Shown piece after piece: positions 11,501 to 22,086 of a stretch of DNA of 64,000 nt. The position numbers were made by a program, and so were the translations under genes. Positions within the stretch are counted from its first letter, which is position 1; each line of letters opens with the position of its first letter. The notes beneath the pieces are model-generated. The model had not been told where the DNA came from. It saw only the letters and a list, made by a program, of their open reading frames with translations, and searched no databases. This DNA comes from Monocercomonoides exilis PA203 (taxonomy: Eukaryota; Protista; Preaxostyla): positions 1,860,001 through 1,924,000 of the forward strand of contig LSRY02000005.1 of NCBI GenBank assembly GCA_001643675.2. Reading direction: 5' to 3'.

Positions 11501-14406
11501 TGTCATATTTTGATATTATTAACTCAGGGTGCAATGAAATTATAACTGTAGTTGTACTCATAATAACCATATGCCTTGCTCCTCTAACTGCTATCCAGCT
11601 AATTCTCTTCGTCAGAGTGACGAGAGCAGCTGTGAAGAATCGGATAATGGCTTTCCATGCGATGCTGGATGTGCCAAAGAACAAGATGCAAGGCGTGATA
11701 CGCCGACTTCTGAGAGACGAGGATAACGATGATGATTTTTCTATGTCAGCTGCGTTGAACGAGAATCAAGATGCAAAGGCACCTGATAGCTGCTCCAGCG
11801 ACAAGTATGAGCGTTGGGAAGATGGTGAAGCACAGTTTATGGATGAAGGCACAGACGAAAGCTCGCCAAGTCCTCATCCAAAGAAAAGCACTCGGACTCC
11901 TCGCAGTGGAAAGTGTATCGAAGAGAAGCTGACTGACAATAGCACAAGTTCTTCTTCCACAAGACGTGCATCAAAAGAATTGTCGCATAGAAAGACACCG
12001 CTGGCATTTAACTCGTCTGCGTTGGAACTTGACTCTGAAGAATCGAATTCTCCTCTGCTTGCTGGGCCTGAGCCTTCAGTTGTGTCAATATCGGAAGCAT
12101 TACTTTCGCTTCCTTCTCCGAAATTGCTGTTTGGAGAACAGATTATGTCGACCTCTTCGACTCCAGGATTCCATTTTCAATCTCCCAGAATCGATGAAGA
12201 GAATATGAGAGTGGCACAAATATCTGAACAGAATTCTGGATCTGGTAAATCAGCACGAACATCTCCATTGGATGATCTCTTTTCAGTCAAGCAAAAACAT
12301 GAAACTGAAGTCGCAGCATCAGAAATTCAATCTTATCGCTCGAGGAACGATGGTTCAACTGCTGATCATGTGGTCTTTAAGACATCTGAGATTGAAAGTG
12401 TAACCCAAGATGCTGCTAATCACAAAAGAGCTTCAGAAGATTCTGGGACAGTTGGAACAACCGGAATAACTCCAGCACAGACTGGAAGTAGTTTAAAGAC
12501 TCAACAGTCTCCGTCGTTTGGTGGGAACGTGAATTCTGCGATGCAGTCGAACAAGCAACTGACCAACAATCAGGGTATTGATCTGACAAACGTTGCACAG
12601 TCGCCATCACTTTTGTCAAAGCTATTTCCTGGGAATGGGAGTCAATTGTATTCCGGGATAGTTCCCTCATATTCTGTTTATTCGCAGCAATCGATCTCTG
12701 AGTGCGGCACAAACCCTGTTTTCAGTCCAGCGCGGGTGATATCTCCTGCTGCTTCTTCAAATTTATATCGGAAGAGCTTCTCGTTGCCGAATAGCCAGAA
12801 TACGCATGTTTCACAATTTGAAAAGCAATATGCGGCTCCTAAAGTAAATAAATTATCGAACATAATGCAAAAAGTATCCGATGATAGTGAACCACTTGTT
12901 CATAATCAGCAAATACAGAATAAAATTTCTGATACAAAATTTCAATTTGATGATGAAGATTCCGAAGAATCTGAAAAATACAAGCAGATGGGATTTGTTA
13001 GAAATGCAGTTGACGATACAGCTTGGGAAGAAGGAATGGAAAAGGAGATCGAGAAGCTCGAAGCAGCATACAAACAGCTGCCAAGTCCGGTTACAGGAGT
13101 AATCATTGTTACGAGTGTTCTTTCAGTGCTTCTGGGTGTTGCTACGATCGCATCTACAGTTGTGCTGGTGATATTTTATGTTGAAAGCTTCAAACCAACA
13201 TCTGCAAACATCATCTTATCAGGAATGCGCGCATCGATTCTCTTTCAGATACAATATTTACTGTCAACAATACTTCAGCCGATTCCAATTCTGAAAACAG
13301 ATCAGTCAATCACATTTCCTTCATCGCGTAATCCCATTTTGTACAACTCGTCTCATTGCTCGGGCTCTCCAGCGGTTGCACGCGACTTGCTGGTTCCGAT
13401 GTCGAGATATTTCGAAGCTGTGCATCTTGACTGCCATTTTGGCGATTCAGATTATACGCAGACGGATGATTTCACCTATGATACAGTTTCTGTCACACGC
13501 ATGAAGACGGCGATTAACCACCAGATGCTGCTGAAGGAGGCACAGTGCTACTTGGCTGATTCGGATGACTGTTCGCAAGCAGATGAGTATCGGATGTATG
13601 GGGTGAAAGGAACTATTTATGGCCTGACAACACTTTTGGCACGACTGAGAGTGAATCTTGAGAGGATTTCAAAGATGGATGTGAGTGAAGTTACGATTAT
13701 GAACACGGAAGCGCGTTTTGTTATGACCGCTCTTCGAAGTGATATTGTTCAGGGCTTAAACAAAATGACAAACATGATTTTGGCTACTGGAAAAGAAGAA
13801 GTGCAGGAATCGATCACGATTTTGATTGTGGTTATTGTGTGCTTTTGTTTGCTGTTCATCATATCGATGTTTGGAAACGGATTGACATGGATTGAGGAAA
13901 TCAAATTTATTGAGAATGTATCAGAGAAGTTGTTTAACCTGTTGCCAATGAAAGAAGGCGAGAAAGAGATTGAGATGTTACCATCAATGGTTACTGGGCA
14001 TGCTTCATTTGACAAAGGAAGAGAATCAATTCTCGATGCCGCTCAGCAACTTCTTGCTTCTGTGAAGCGAAATGAGCACATTGAAACTATAATGGCAACA
14101 TTTTTCCAGCTTTCATCAACAGTGCTGGCTGTATTTACGGAAGAAGAAAAAGAAATGGCTGCTAAGAATTACGTTGGAATCGAAAAGCACAAGAAAGAAC
14201 ACATTCTCATAAGGCAGAGGTTGACATTGATAGGAGACCAGCTTTGTTCAAAGAACGATGCGGTGAAAGCAGTTGGAAGAAGAAAGGTTATTTCGTTATT
14301 TGATATGCACTTTACTGACGAAGATATCACCTGTGCCGAAGCTGTTTATGGATTGAATGTGGGAGAGCAAAAAATTGATGAAGAAGAAAACAACATTAAT
14401 CTGTAA
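8566..14406 (+). CDS. TmcB/TmcC-like multi-pass membrane receptor with TPR-like region and C-terminal hemerythrin-like domain
   Basis: N-terminal cluster of hydrophobic helices; TmcB-type helical block (AMKDFF...ARKSYEELIASHGQNTAVLRSYARLLLDIYDDEDEAEMIL); two TM-loop-TM modules separated by Ser-rich linkers; terminal MVTGHASFD..FTEEEKEM..NY..HKKEH..HFTDED. Probable 111-bp in-frame intron 8815-8925, giving about 1909 aa. Confidence 0.8.
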   Translation: MIKEDNKSMSSITSGVSVGYAQSEGLSKIETVGFSVFSPLYDQPKHPNMKWEIFIWSITMLQMVTISFFRIDILTQDVNKISQVCWFNFLLIELTNKNAFSMFCKMLINFLWNMHNKTSQYLCYLDGTYLGYLVGKSVSVVIMGFMCYFILLVVYLLAVAVFQGSISGSQPWIISLLRWIVRVTYTILFIPLISFCITSFDCYESGGQMIQHGFESICFNDSMSISGFVISVVILAYILLSSFFVNNMIYNHNPKYGGLWSSPCGLWQALDSSLVYGCVFAMRMLYGWPFWRGVVTVGSSLVLTMYFVYIQPIYKLNGNLLMACKWCMFGCLRLFGEVGYAIEGAAHNWIVTVVLQVVGVISGIVMCIVLLPRIGRKSREKKYLLTAFGNQLSDICSESSSLALPPLKKPDRIEPSLRFIQKKEYRTMIYLTFADYVYTQALKTNKSNCMLYFQYATFLASYRKNYVKANTLLRKARTLSPNLFLNFVLFCKAKENGGRVNGDSGGNGTSDMNSFAFTSLLAKAEKHHELAVSAMKDFFENATAIQPDYKSIPVLLNSIVKNEDIARKSYEELIASHGQNTAVLRSYARLLLDIYDDEDEAEMILNRADRIEEESTSSGDSLTHTQATTSADALLAVGETDDAGDRKPGGNVKTSARGEDSTESEANYVRTVRCGSLEVTAGSVYENPDSGKGAEGGAIASPSSSDLQNLDGEQDALARSEMQWQHSSNDDRRHQKYNKKKRKKKKKKKKDAMIVDLMMGGRGESGSQANNISLLRFTVICLHLVDVTALIIALVVYVVMSNIYQKDLDTLRNVCDLSYHTARSAAISYNFFVYDIKYKFVNQTIVDEWMSTMVRKTELLKMLKETSESLASMLGRVHESTTNMEPWETASIDTYSFIFTTKNETQSDGSVEEVVDIKQQVLHPSSMLEVIATVSQMIYHLSISDMAARPENPDYLPNIQYLVFNCPVPILDGAKRVIMSYFDIINSGCNEIITVVVLIITICLAPLTAIQLILFVRVTRAAVKNRIMAFHAMLDVPKNKMQGVIRRLLRDEDNDDDFSMSAALNENQDAKAPDSCSSDKYERWEDGEAQFMDEGTDESSPSPHPKKSTRTPRSGKCIEEKLTDNSTSSSSTRRASKELSHRKTPLAFNSSALELDSEESNSPLLAGPEPSVVSISEALLSLPSPKLLFGEQIMSTSSTPGFHFQSPRIDEENMRVAQISEQNSGSGKSARTSPLDDLFSVKQKHETEVAASEIQSYRSRNDGSTADHVVFKTSEIESVTQDAANHKRASEDSGTVGTTGITPAQTGSSLKTQQSPSFGGNVNSAMQSNKQLTNNQGIDLTNVAQSPSLLSKLFPGNGSQLYSGIVPSYSVYSQQSISECGTNPVFSPARVISPAASSNLYRKSFSLPNSQNTHVSQFEKQYAAPKVNKLSNIMQKVSDDSEPLVHNQQIQNKISDTKFQFDDEDSEESEKYKQMGFVRNAVDDTAWEEGMEKEIEKLEAAYKQLPSPVTGVIIVTSVLSVLLGVATIASTVVLVIFYVESFKPTSANIILSGMRASILFQIQYLLSTILQPIPILKTDQSITFPSSRNPILYNSSHCSGSPAVARDLLVPMSRYFEAVHLDCHFGDSDYTQTDDFTYDTVSVTRMKTAINHQMLLKEAQCYLADSDDCSQADEYRMYGVKGTIYGLTTLLARLRVNLERISKMDVSEVTIMNTEARFVMTALRSDIVQGLNKMTNMILATGKEEVQESITILIVVIVCFCLLFIISMFGNGLTWIEEIKFIENVSEKLFNLLPMKEGEKEIEMLPSMVTGHASFDKGRESILDAAQQLLASVKRNEHIETIMATFFQLSSTVLAVFTEEEKEMAAKNYVGIEKHKKEHILIRQRLTLIGDQLCSKNDAVKAVGRRKVISLFDMHFTDEDITCAEAVYGLNVGEQKIDEEENNINL

Positions 14407-15749
14407 AGGCTTTAGACTATGTACGTTTTATATGCATATAATATTTGCTTTACCCAGATTTTGGCTGCAATTTATTGCATTGCCGTTTTTGAGAAAATTA
14501 AATGGGTATATGTTTGAAAAGATTGTCTTCTTTTCATTTTTCTTTTTCATTTTTCTTTTCTCTCTCTCTTTTTTTTTTAATTTTATTTCTTGATTTCTTA
14601 AAAGAATGTATATTTACACACTTCAAACATATGTGAAAGTGCCTCTCTTTTTAGCTTTGTGTATGTTTGCTTCTTTTTTACCCATTTTTGTGCCTATTCC
14701 TCTTTCCCCATCTCCCTCTCTCTTTCTGCTTCTCTTTCTCTCTCTCAATATATGTGTCATTTTCGTTGATATGTAAAGTATTGGCTCTTAGTGTTAATGC
14801 TATTTATATGTTACTGTTGCAAATAATCATATATTTCTTTCTCTTTAAATCTGCTGGTTCTCATTTCTTTGTATTTCTTGGAAAAAGAATCATGATTTAT
14901 TTTTCTTTCAAACAATAAGAATATAGTTGCTTTTTTTCACTTTTTTCATTTTCTTTTCTTCTTTTTTTTTCCCAATATATTATTATTTCACTTTTTTAAA
15001 GTTGTCTTTTTCAATATATTGCTTTTATTTTTGAATTTTATTACTGTTGCGAATGAAACATTAAAAACGTGCAGTTTTTTAATAACTAATCACCTTCTAA
15101 AGTCTCAAAATTGTTCATGGTTTTGTGTTTTGCATTTTAAAAGTATGTATTTTTATTTCAGAAATGAATATGTCCATTTCATTCATTCTATTGAATGAAA
15201 ACATAAGCAATGATAAATATTAGCTCTTGTATTTTATTGTACCATACGCATTTGCAAAAGCTATTCTTTATTTTGAACTTTCACATGAAAATATTGATGC
15301 AATTCTTTGGTTAAAAACTTGAAAATTGTTTCCTCAAAAAAAGATAATTAAAAATGAAAAAAAAGCTTAGCAATCTTTCAAAAAGATAGATCGTTACAAA
15401 GAAGATTGGTTTTCAGTTCAAGTATTGAACGAATGGGACCATTTGAGCAATTCAAGCTTCAAGAAATTCATTCGACACAGATAAAAACGAATTTGATAAA
15501 AACTTTCAACTTAGCAATGATCATTTTTTCCCCAAGGGTTTGCAATATCAAAGATCAATCCTGCAAGAAAAAGACGGTCAAGAAAAGATGATTTAAACAG
15601 ACAGGAACTTGTTTGTTTAATATCATTCACTATCCTTTTCCGAATAAAAAGGTTTGAAAATAAATTGCTATTTGCTTTCGGCATTATGATGTGTTAAAAA
15701 AAAAGATTGAAAGAAAACAATATAACTTATTCCCTCATATCAATGATGC

Positions 15750-17165
15750 TCACCAGAATAGCATATAATCGAAAAGATTATTTGGCGGATCGTAATAATC
15801 TTTAAAATAAAATAAAACACAAGAAATGCTAAAGATCTCATCTTCAAATCCTTCTTCTTCCATCCTTTCGAGCATTCTTCTTTTCTTGAATCTCTGTCTT
15901 GCTTCTTTGAAATCGTCATCTGTTCTTTGATTAAGTCGTTTGAATAGTTTCGCAACGAATCTCAAATAGCATTTCATAAGTCCGTCGTCCAAAGTGGACT
16001 GCATCATCCACTCCAAAAAGCTGTCACCGACTCCACTCCTCACAAGTTCATCAACGTAAACTGTTCTTTTTTCTATCATTTTCTGAAATGTTCCAATGCA
16101 TTTTTCATGAAAATCTCTGAAATTATATTTTGCTGCTCTGCACAATAGATCCATGCCCATAATCAATCTATCACATTTTCTGGTTGATTTTTTTTGAGAA
16201 ATCAAAAATGTTTCAAGCACATCAAACCATCTGATCAACATTGATACGTTTTTCATGTCTTTCTTTCTTTCCTCGTTTTCCTTTAATATTTCCTTTCTCT
16301 TCCAATCCACACATTTTTCAAGATCTTCCAACTCCCCTCTTGCTTCTCTCAAAAAATGCAACTCATCAGTAATGATCATTTCAAATTTTTCGTTCAAAAC
16401 AAAACGGCGCACAAGAAACAACCAGACGGATTGATAGGCAAGTCGTGTAAGGTTATGATGCTCCTGGTGATGCTTTATGATATCTTTGATCTCACGCAAA
16501 TGAAGCCTTTGCTCAACTTTCTGATTTTTTAAAAAAAAAAATACAAAAAAGATACAATGACTTCAAAAGTGAAATAGAAGTGCTCAGACATAATATTTAG
16601 GAACACAACTCAATGCCAATAATTCCATTTCCACTTCTTTTTGAACTTCCTCGTTTTCGTCTTTGTTCGATGCAACTTTCAGAAGGCAAGGCACGCAAAT
16701 TGAAGCAATTACAAATGAATTGCTTCCTCCATGCAAAAGATAACATTCACAAAGATCAACAAGTCGCTTTTCATTCATTTCTTCTTTCTTTTCTTCTTCT
16801 TCGATGATCATCAGCCGAATCATATTGCTCAATGAAGAATAGTTAAATCCACACATCCATATATTTTTTATCATTTTGAAATATCCAATGTGTTTCAATA
16901 TCAAAATGGCATTTTCCATTGATATTTTCTTTTCAACAATCATTTTGTCGATATCATTGTACAGTTCATTCGTGAATGTTGATCCCTGCTCTTTTCTACA
17001 CATTTCATCCAGCATCCCATTTATTTCTACTATTTTCTGTTTTTGATCATCGGAATTGCAAAGTCTTAATTGAAAAAAAGTTTCTTTTCAATAAAAAATG
17101 ATACCTCAGAAAGCACAAAAGAGAATGGTTAATAAACCCCAAAACTCCGTTGAAAAGTTCTCCTT
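15750..17165 (-). CDS. Same multicopy helical family, copy 3 (apparently intact)
   Basis: Exons about 17165-17138, 17083-16590 and 16520-15750. Introns at the same two positions as copy 1. Motifs DQKQKI, LVDLCECY, VPCLLKVASNKDENEEVQKEVEM, HQEHHNLTRLAY, MEEEGFED. Start uncertain. Confidence 0.65.
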
Positions 17166-18677
17166 CAGTAATTAAAGAAATACATTGGAAACAGACATTT
17201 TTGCGGTTTTGGTATGTTCAAAGAATTGCAAAACAATCATAAAAGGAGATTCACATATATTAATTGTTTCAAATGAACATGGAATGTATATTGAATATAA
17301 ACTTTTATCAGTTCCGTTGTCATTCTTATTTTCTGTCAAATTACGAAATGAACAAATTTTCAACTCCAAAACAAATAAAGTAAGGGATTTCAAAAAATTT
17401 TTAGAAAGTTTTAAGAAAGATGTTAAAACGTCACTTTATTGAAAAGAAAGGAAATGATGTTGATAATCCTTTGATGCTAGTTAGTATTATTCCTTTATGA
17501 ATTCATGTTTCCAAATTTGTTTTCATGAAAGCTCAAAACTCTTGTGCATTTCATATTTTATTTGAATGTTTGCAAATGGAAGTGGTGAATCATTTTTGAA
17601 TTGTTTACAGAAAAAGAAGAATGATAATTCGTTTATTTTTGATGTTAAATATCATTTCTGCAATTCTGTAATGAAGTCTTGAAAGAATTTTCATTTCATA
17701 ATGGATTGGGAACTGGGAGAAAACAATTAAAAGCGAAAGTTATCGGAGAAAATTCAAAAAGATCTTCTTTTTCAGCTTTCAGAAAAGTTTCAGAAACTCT
17801 TCATTGTTTTCCGAAAAACGTGTCAAATTTTTTCAAAAATCGAAGAATAAGATTTGTATTTTATGAAGCATTGATAGTTGCAATATATATTAGAAAGCAA
17901 TTGCAATTTTGAAAGCATTTTGATCTTCTCTTTACGCACATGACGTGTCAATAATGCAGAAGCATTCATTCGAACTTAAAAATATATTTGAGTGTTTCGT
18001 TCATTCAAAAAGATTCAGTCATTGTCGTTGATTTTAAAGGAGGCGAATAAACTTTGTGCAATTAAAAAAATGTTCTCATAATAATTTGAATTATATCTGT
18101 TTGAACTTGCATAGAGCTTATATGTTGAGATGTTTGGAATCTCTCTTTCAGAATTGATTTCGAAAAAAAATAAATGTTTTCATTTTTCAATTTACACACC
18201 AATGCGTTCATTCGTTTCAACGTTATAAGTGTGAACTCTCAAAAATCAAAAATCAGTTAAAAACATTTTTTGTAATTATTTTCATTTATTTCTGGAACAA
18301 ACTTTTTCAATATTTTCTGCATTGGATAATAAAATGATTGTCTTTTGTGAATGTTTTGACCAGAGGGTTTGTCAAAAGGTATTTAGAAGTTTATTTTGAT
18401 GAGACTTAATTTAACATGTGTCTATTCGACTGATGCACATTCGAAAGTTTTATTTATTGAAGGCACATCCATTCATCGGAAAATATCTACAAGATGATTC
18501 ATGACATCATTGATTAGTGTGTTAGCAAATCAACATCTCCTCCGAAACAAATAGAATTTGTCCTTTAAAAACGATGATTTCATGATGTTATCTGTTTTGT
18601 TTCAAATTTTCGTGTTTTTCAAATTTCTGAATCAGTTTTTTGAAGCCATTATTAACCCGTAACTAATTATCAGCTTT

Positions 18678-20192
18678 ATGTTTTCTCTCCATTTTTGTAA
18701 TATTGTATTTTTCACACTTTTTTTGCATGTCTTTTGCGATGATAATTCAACTTCTTTTTATGTAAACTCAAAAGATGGTTCCAATAACGAAGATTGTGGA
18801 ACGGAGCAAATACCATGCAGAGAGCTTCAGTATTTGTTAAAGAAGACTGATAGTATTTTAAATCGAAATATAACAATAGGGTTAGGGAATTATTCCGAAG
18901 GAAAGATTGATATTCTTAAAGGGGAAGTTAGTATTTTCAATTCCGAAAGTTCGGATAAAGGTTGCCTTATTCGCAATAATAATGATGATTACTGTTTCAA
19001 AGTTGAAAGTGCTGCTTTGTCAATGGAGAAAGTTGATTTTATGTTGGATTGGAAGCAGAGTGTATTTCCTGTTGGTTTCATTTTGAATAACGCCTCTTTT
19101 TCACTGAGTTGCACACGACTTGCTGTCCAGTTCGAATATGTAGGGAAAATGCTGAATGAAGTTCATCAGATGATCAGTGCACATATCTCAAATGTTTCAA
19201 TCGGAAACGTTAATCTTTCTGATATTTTGTATTGGGATAATAGTCAAAAATTGAGTTCCAATGAGGCTTGCGATTGGAGTCATGGTCTCATTGAACTCAA
19301 TAACTGTACGTCAAAGATATATAGTTCTAAGTTATCTGGGATTTCTGGAGCGTTATTCATGGATAAAGGTTCACTTGAATTGAATGATGTTCAGTTTTCG
19401 ACAAATTGTTATGAGAACAGTTTTTTTTCAAGAAGACCTTTAAGATGTGTGGGCGATGGAATTGTGTATGCATCTGGAACTTATGAACATAATGGAGCAG
19501 ACGACAAAGGGAATTATTTTGATTTGAGAAAATGTAGAGCTGCTGGACCATCATTAACAGGGAAAAGAGAACCATTTTTTTCACCAATAATAACGAATGT
19601 AATAGCTAGTAATTCAAGTGATTCAAATAAGTACAATTTACTTGTTTTAATTAAAAATTTGTTGCCATGTGAAGTGAAGTTATGCATTTATGGGAAAAGT
19701 TCTGAAATTACAATTCTTGATTTTGATTCGTTTAATTCTTCCTATGCTCAAATTGATATTGCGAAGAATATTATCCCCTCAACATTCAATGTTTCATTGC
19801 AATACCCAGGGGCGAATAACACAAAAAAATATTCTCCTCGGCATGAAGTGGATGCTAGGTATCTTGCGGGAAATGGAGGCGGTCTTGATAGAACAACAAA
19901 AGTTATTTTAATAGTTGTTCTTTCTGTGAGTTCAGCTCTGTGCGTCTGTGGAATTGTCATTGTAGTTTCGGTGGTCTGCTTCGTCAAACGGTCAAGAAAG
20001 AGGAAAGGATATTCGGGAATGAGTGGATATCCTGTGATAAAGCCAGTGGAAATAAATGGAGAATGTTCTGGATCAACAATTGTATATCAGGCAGCATCAA
20101 CAATTCCGGGTGCGCATACTGATAATTGCCAATCTGAAAATGCAAATCAAACACCAAATGCTTCAATTTGTCCGGATATTGAATTGAGATGA
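18678..20192 (+). CDS. Type I single-pass surface glycoprotein (beta-helix/pectin-lyase-like ectodomain)
   Basis: Signal peptide, FYVNSKDGSNNEDCGTEQIPC motif, many NxS/T sequons, TM VILIVVLSVSSALCVCGIVIVVSVVCFV, stop-transfer KRSRKRK, and a short tail with YSGM/YPVI. 504 aa, intronless. Confidence 0.75.
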   Translation: MFSLHFCNIVFFTLFLHVFCDDNSTSFYVNSKDGSNNEDCGTEQIPCRELQYLLKKTDSILNRNITIGLGNYSEGKIDILKGEVSIFNSESSDKGCLIRNNNDDYCFKVESAALSMEKVDFMLDWKQSVFPVGFILNNASFSLSCTRLAVQFEYVGKMLNEVHQMISAHISNVSIGNVNLSDILYWDNSQKLSSNEACDWSHGLIELNNCTSKIYSSKLSGISGALFMDKGSLELNDVQFSTNCYENSFFSRRPLRCVGDGIVYASGTYEHNGADDKGNYFDLRKCRAAGPSLTGKREPFFSPIITNVIASNSSDSNKYNLLVLIKNLLPCEVKLCIYGKSSEITILDFDSFNSSYAQIDIAKNIIPSTFNVSLQYPGANNTKKYSPRHEVDARYLAGNGGGLDRTTKVILIVVLSVSSALCVCGIVIVVSVVCFVKRSRKRKGYSGMSGYPVIKPVEINGECSGSTIVYQAASTIPGAHTDNCQSENANQTPNASICPDIELR

Positions 20193-21086
20193 ATAACTTA
20201 CACAAAGAACAGAATTCGATAGACACGTTTTATGATGCTTTTCATTTAGAAATAAAGCGTGTTTATATTTTTTTATGTATTTTTATTTGTGTGATATTTT
20301 GTTTTAATGGTTATGCATTTGAATTAAAAATGTTTGATCCTCAGAAGTCTTTTGCTTTTGGTCGAAAATGTTGCTGTTCATTTCCAAAACAATATGTATT
20401 TTTTTTTTTCTCTTTCAATGCAATTTCAATTGAAAAAGAGTGAGTATGTTTCTGTGTTTTTTATGTATTTATTGTGAAATTAAGTGAAAAAAAAAAAAAC
20501 GGGAGAATAAAAAGTCCAGGTTTATGATTCACCCAATTAAAAATGGACTTCCAAATGATACAAGATGTCTGTTTTTTCTATTTTCGATTGATGTGAAACC
20601 TGTTGCATTTTTAATGAAAGTATTTTTGAAAATAAAAGATAATTTCGTTCTTTATTATAATATTTGACATACAAATATTATTGGAAATTTTGAAATAAAA
20701 CGCATCTTGAAAAATTTTTGTGAAAGCTTTTTTGATTTTATTTAATGAAAGGATCTATCATTATTTTTCAAAAAATTTCTTCAAATAGATTGTGAATCAA
20801 ATGCTTTCTTTGAATGTTCATTATCAAAATCATATTCAAATCAACGAAATGCAACTTTAATTGTTTTTTTTCAAATTTATTGTTCGTTAAAATAAAGGAT
20901 TTTTATAGGAAAATAAATCGTTATCAAAGACATTAAAAAAACCATCTTTTTGATAGTTGAAAAATTCAATAAGAAAAAAAGTCCTCCATCTGAAATGAAT
21001 GCAATTAAGAAGAAGATACAAAACAATTCCACGAACAAATAAAGAGAAAATGCTAAAAAAATTCAGAAAAAACAAGAAAAATGCAA

Positions 21087-22049
21087 TTATAACATTTGAT
21101 TTTTAATAAATCTGTTCCCTTCGCTTTGCTTTCCCTGGTAATAATATCTGCACACACCAAAGTGAGTTGAACTAGATGGAACCTTAAATTAACAAAAAAC
21201 AAAATTTGTTAAAACAATTCAAAGTACAAAAACAAAATTTATTGCAGACTGATTCTGTTATATCACTTGTAGCTCCAATTGAACCTTCGATCGCTGCTTG
21301 TGAAGTACTTATCTATAACGTCAAATAAAAATAAAAATAAATACATAACAAATAACACATATATTAACATTATATATGGTGCTCTCTTTCAACAAAAAGA
21401 ATTGAACAAACTTCAAGTGGAGCACTTGGAACGCAGAATTCTCCTCTTCGAGCAGCTTCTTGCTTTTCTGCCGTCGACACAGAACCAGAATCAAGAAATT
21501 TTAAATTAGGCATTCTCCACAATACATATAGTCTGTAGCGTTGGTAATCATCATCATCTTTCCCCATCAAACGGTTAGGACATGCTGGATTTTTCAGAAG
21601 TGATAAATACTTGAGGTTTGGAGTGCAATGGCGAAGCCTGTCCAAAAGCAATTTAATGTTTGCTATCTTGTTGTTGTTCATCCACAACGTTTCCAGTTTT
21701 GGAAGGTCAGGAAATTCAGATTCATCAGTTAGTTCATTGTTATCAAGAATGAGACTTTTAAGTCCAACAAAAGGCGCAATATTATCAAGTGAACTAAAAA
21801 TTACATGAAAAATATATATAAAATATTAGACTTTAGTAACAGCGCTAACTTCAATTTATTATGCGACAAATCCAAAGATGTTACAATTGATCCATATTTC
21901 TTTCCATATAAATCAGGAAGCACGGTCAATCCTCGCCCAACGACTGATAAATTTCCTGCAACTGGCTCAGCTTCGGGAAATTCTTCTTCTTTCTCAGAAT
22001 CCGAAGAATCACTTTTTTTTTCTTCAAGTGACATTTGATCAGGTACCAT
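21087..22049 (-). CDS. LRMDA: Leucine-rich repeat protein, LRMDA/C10orf11 ortholog
   Basis: Exons 22049-21850, 21793-21412, 21312-21250, 21182-21087 (246 aa). LRRs LDLSHNKL, LILDNNEL, LWMNNNKI; cap LSLLKNPACP..DDDDYQRYRLYVL..PNLKFLD; C-terminus CRYYYQGKQSEGNRFIKNQML* matches the family tail (human [21 protein letters not shown], recalled). Confidence 0.88.
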
Positions 22050-22086
22050 TGTTTAATACATTTCTTGCCCTCTGAGCGAATTGCCC
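22050..22086. promoter_or_regulatory. Putative ultra-short bidirectional promoter/5' region
   Basis: Lies between divergent ATGs at 22049 (-) and 22087 (+). Confidence 0.5.

Noticed and set aside
15200-15600. Possible thioredoxin-like exon fragments
   Set aside because: No CxxC motif and no frame-consistent splice model.
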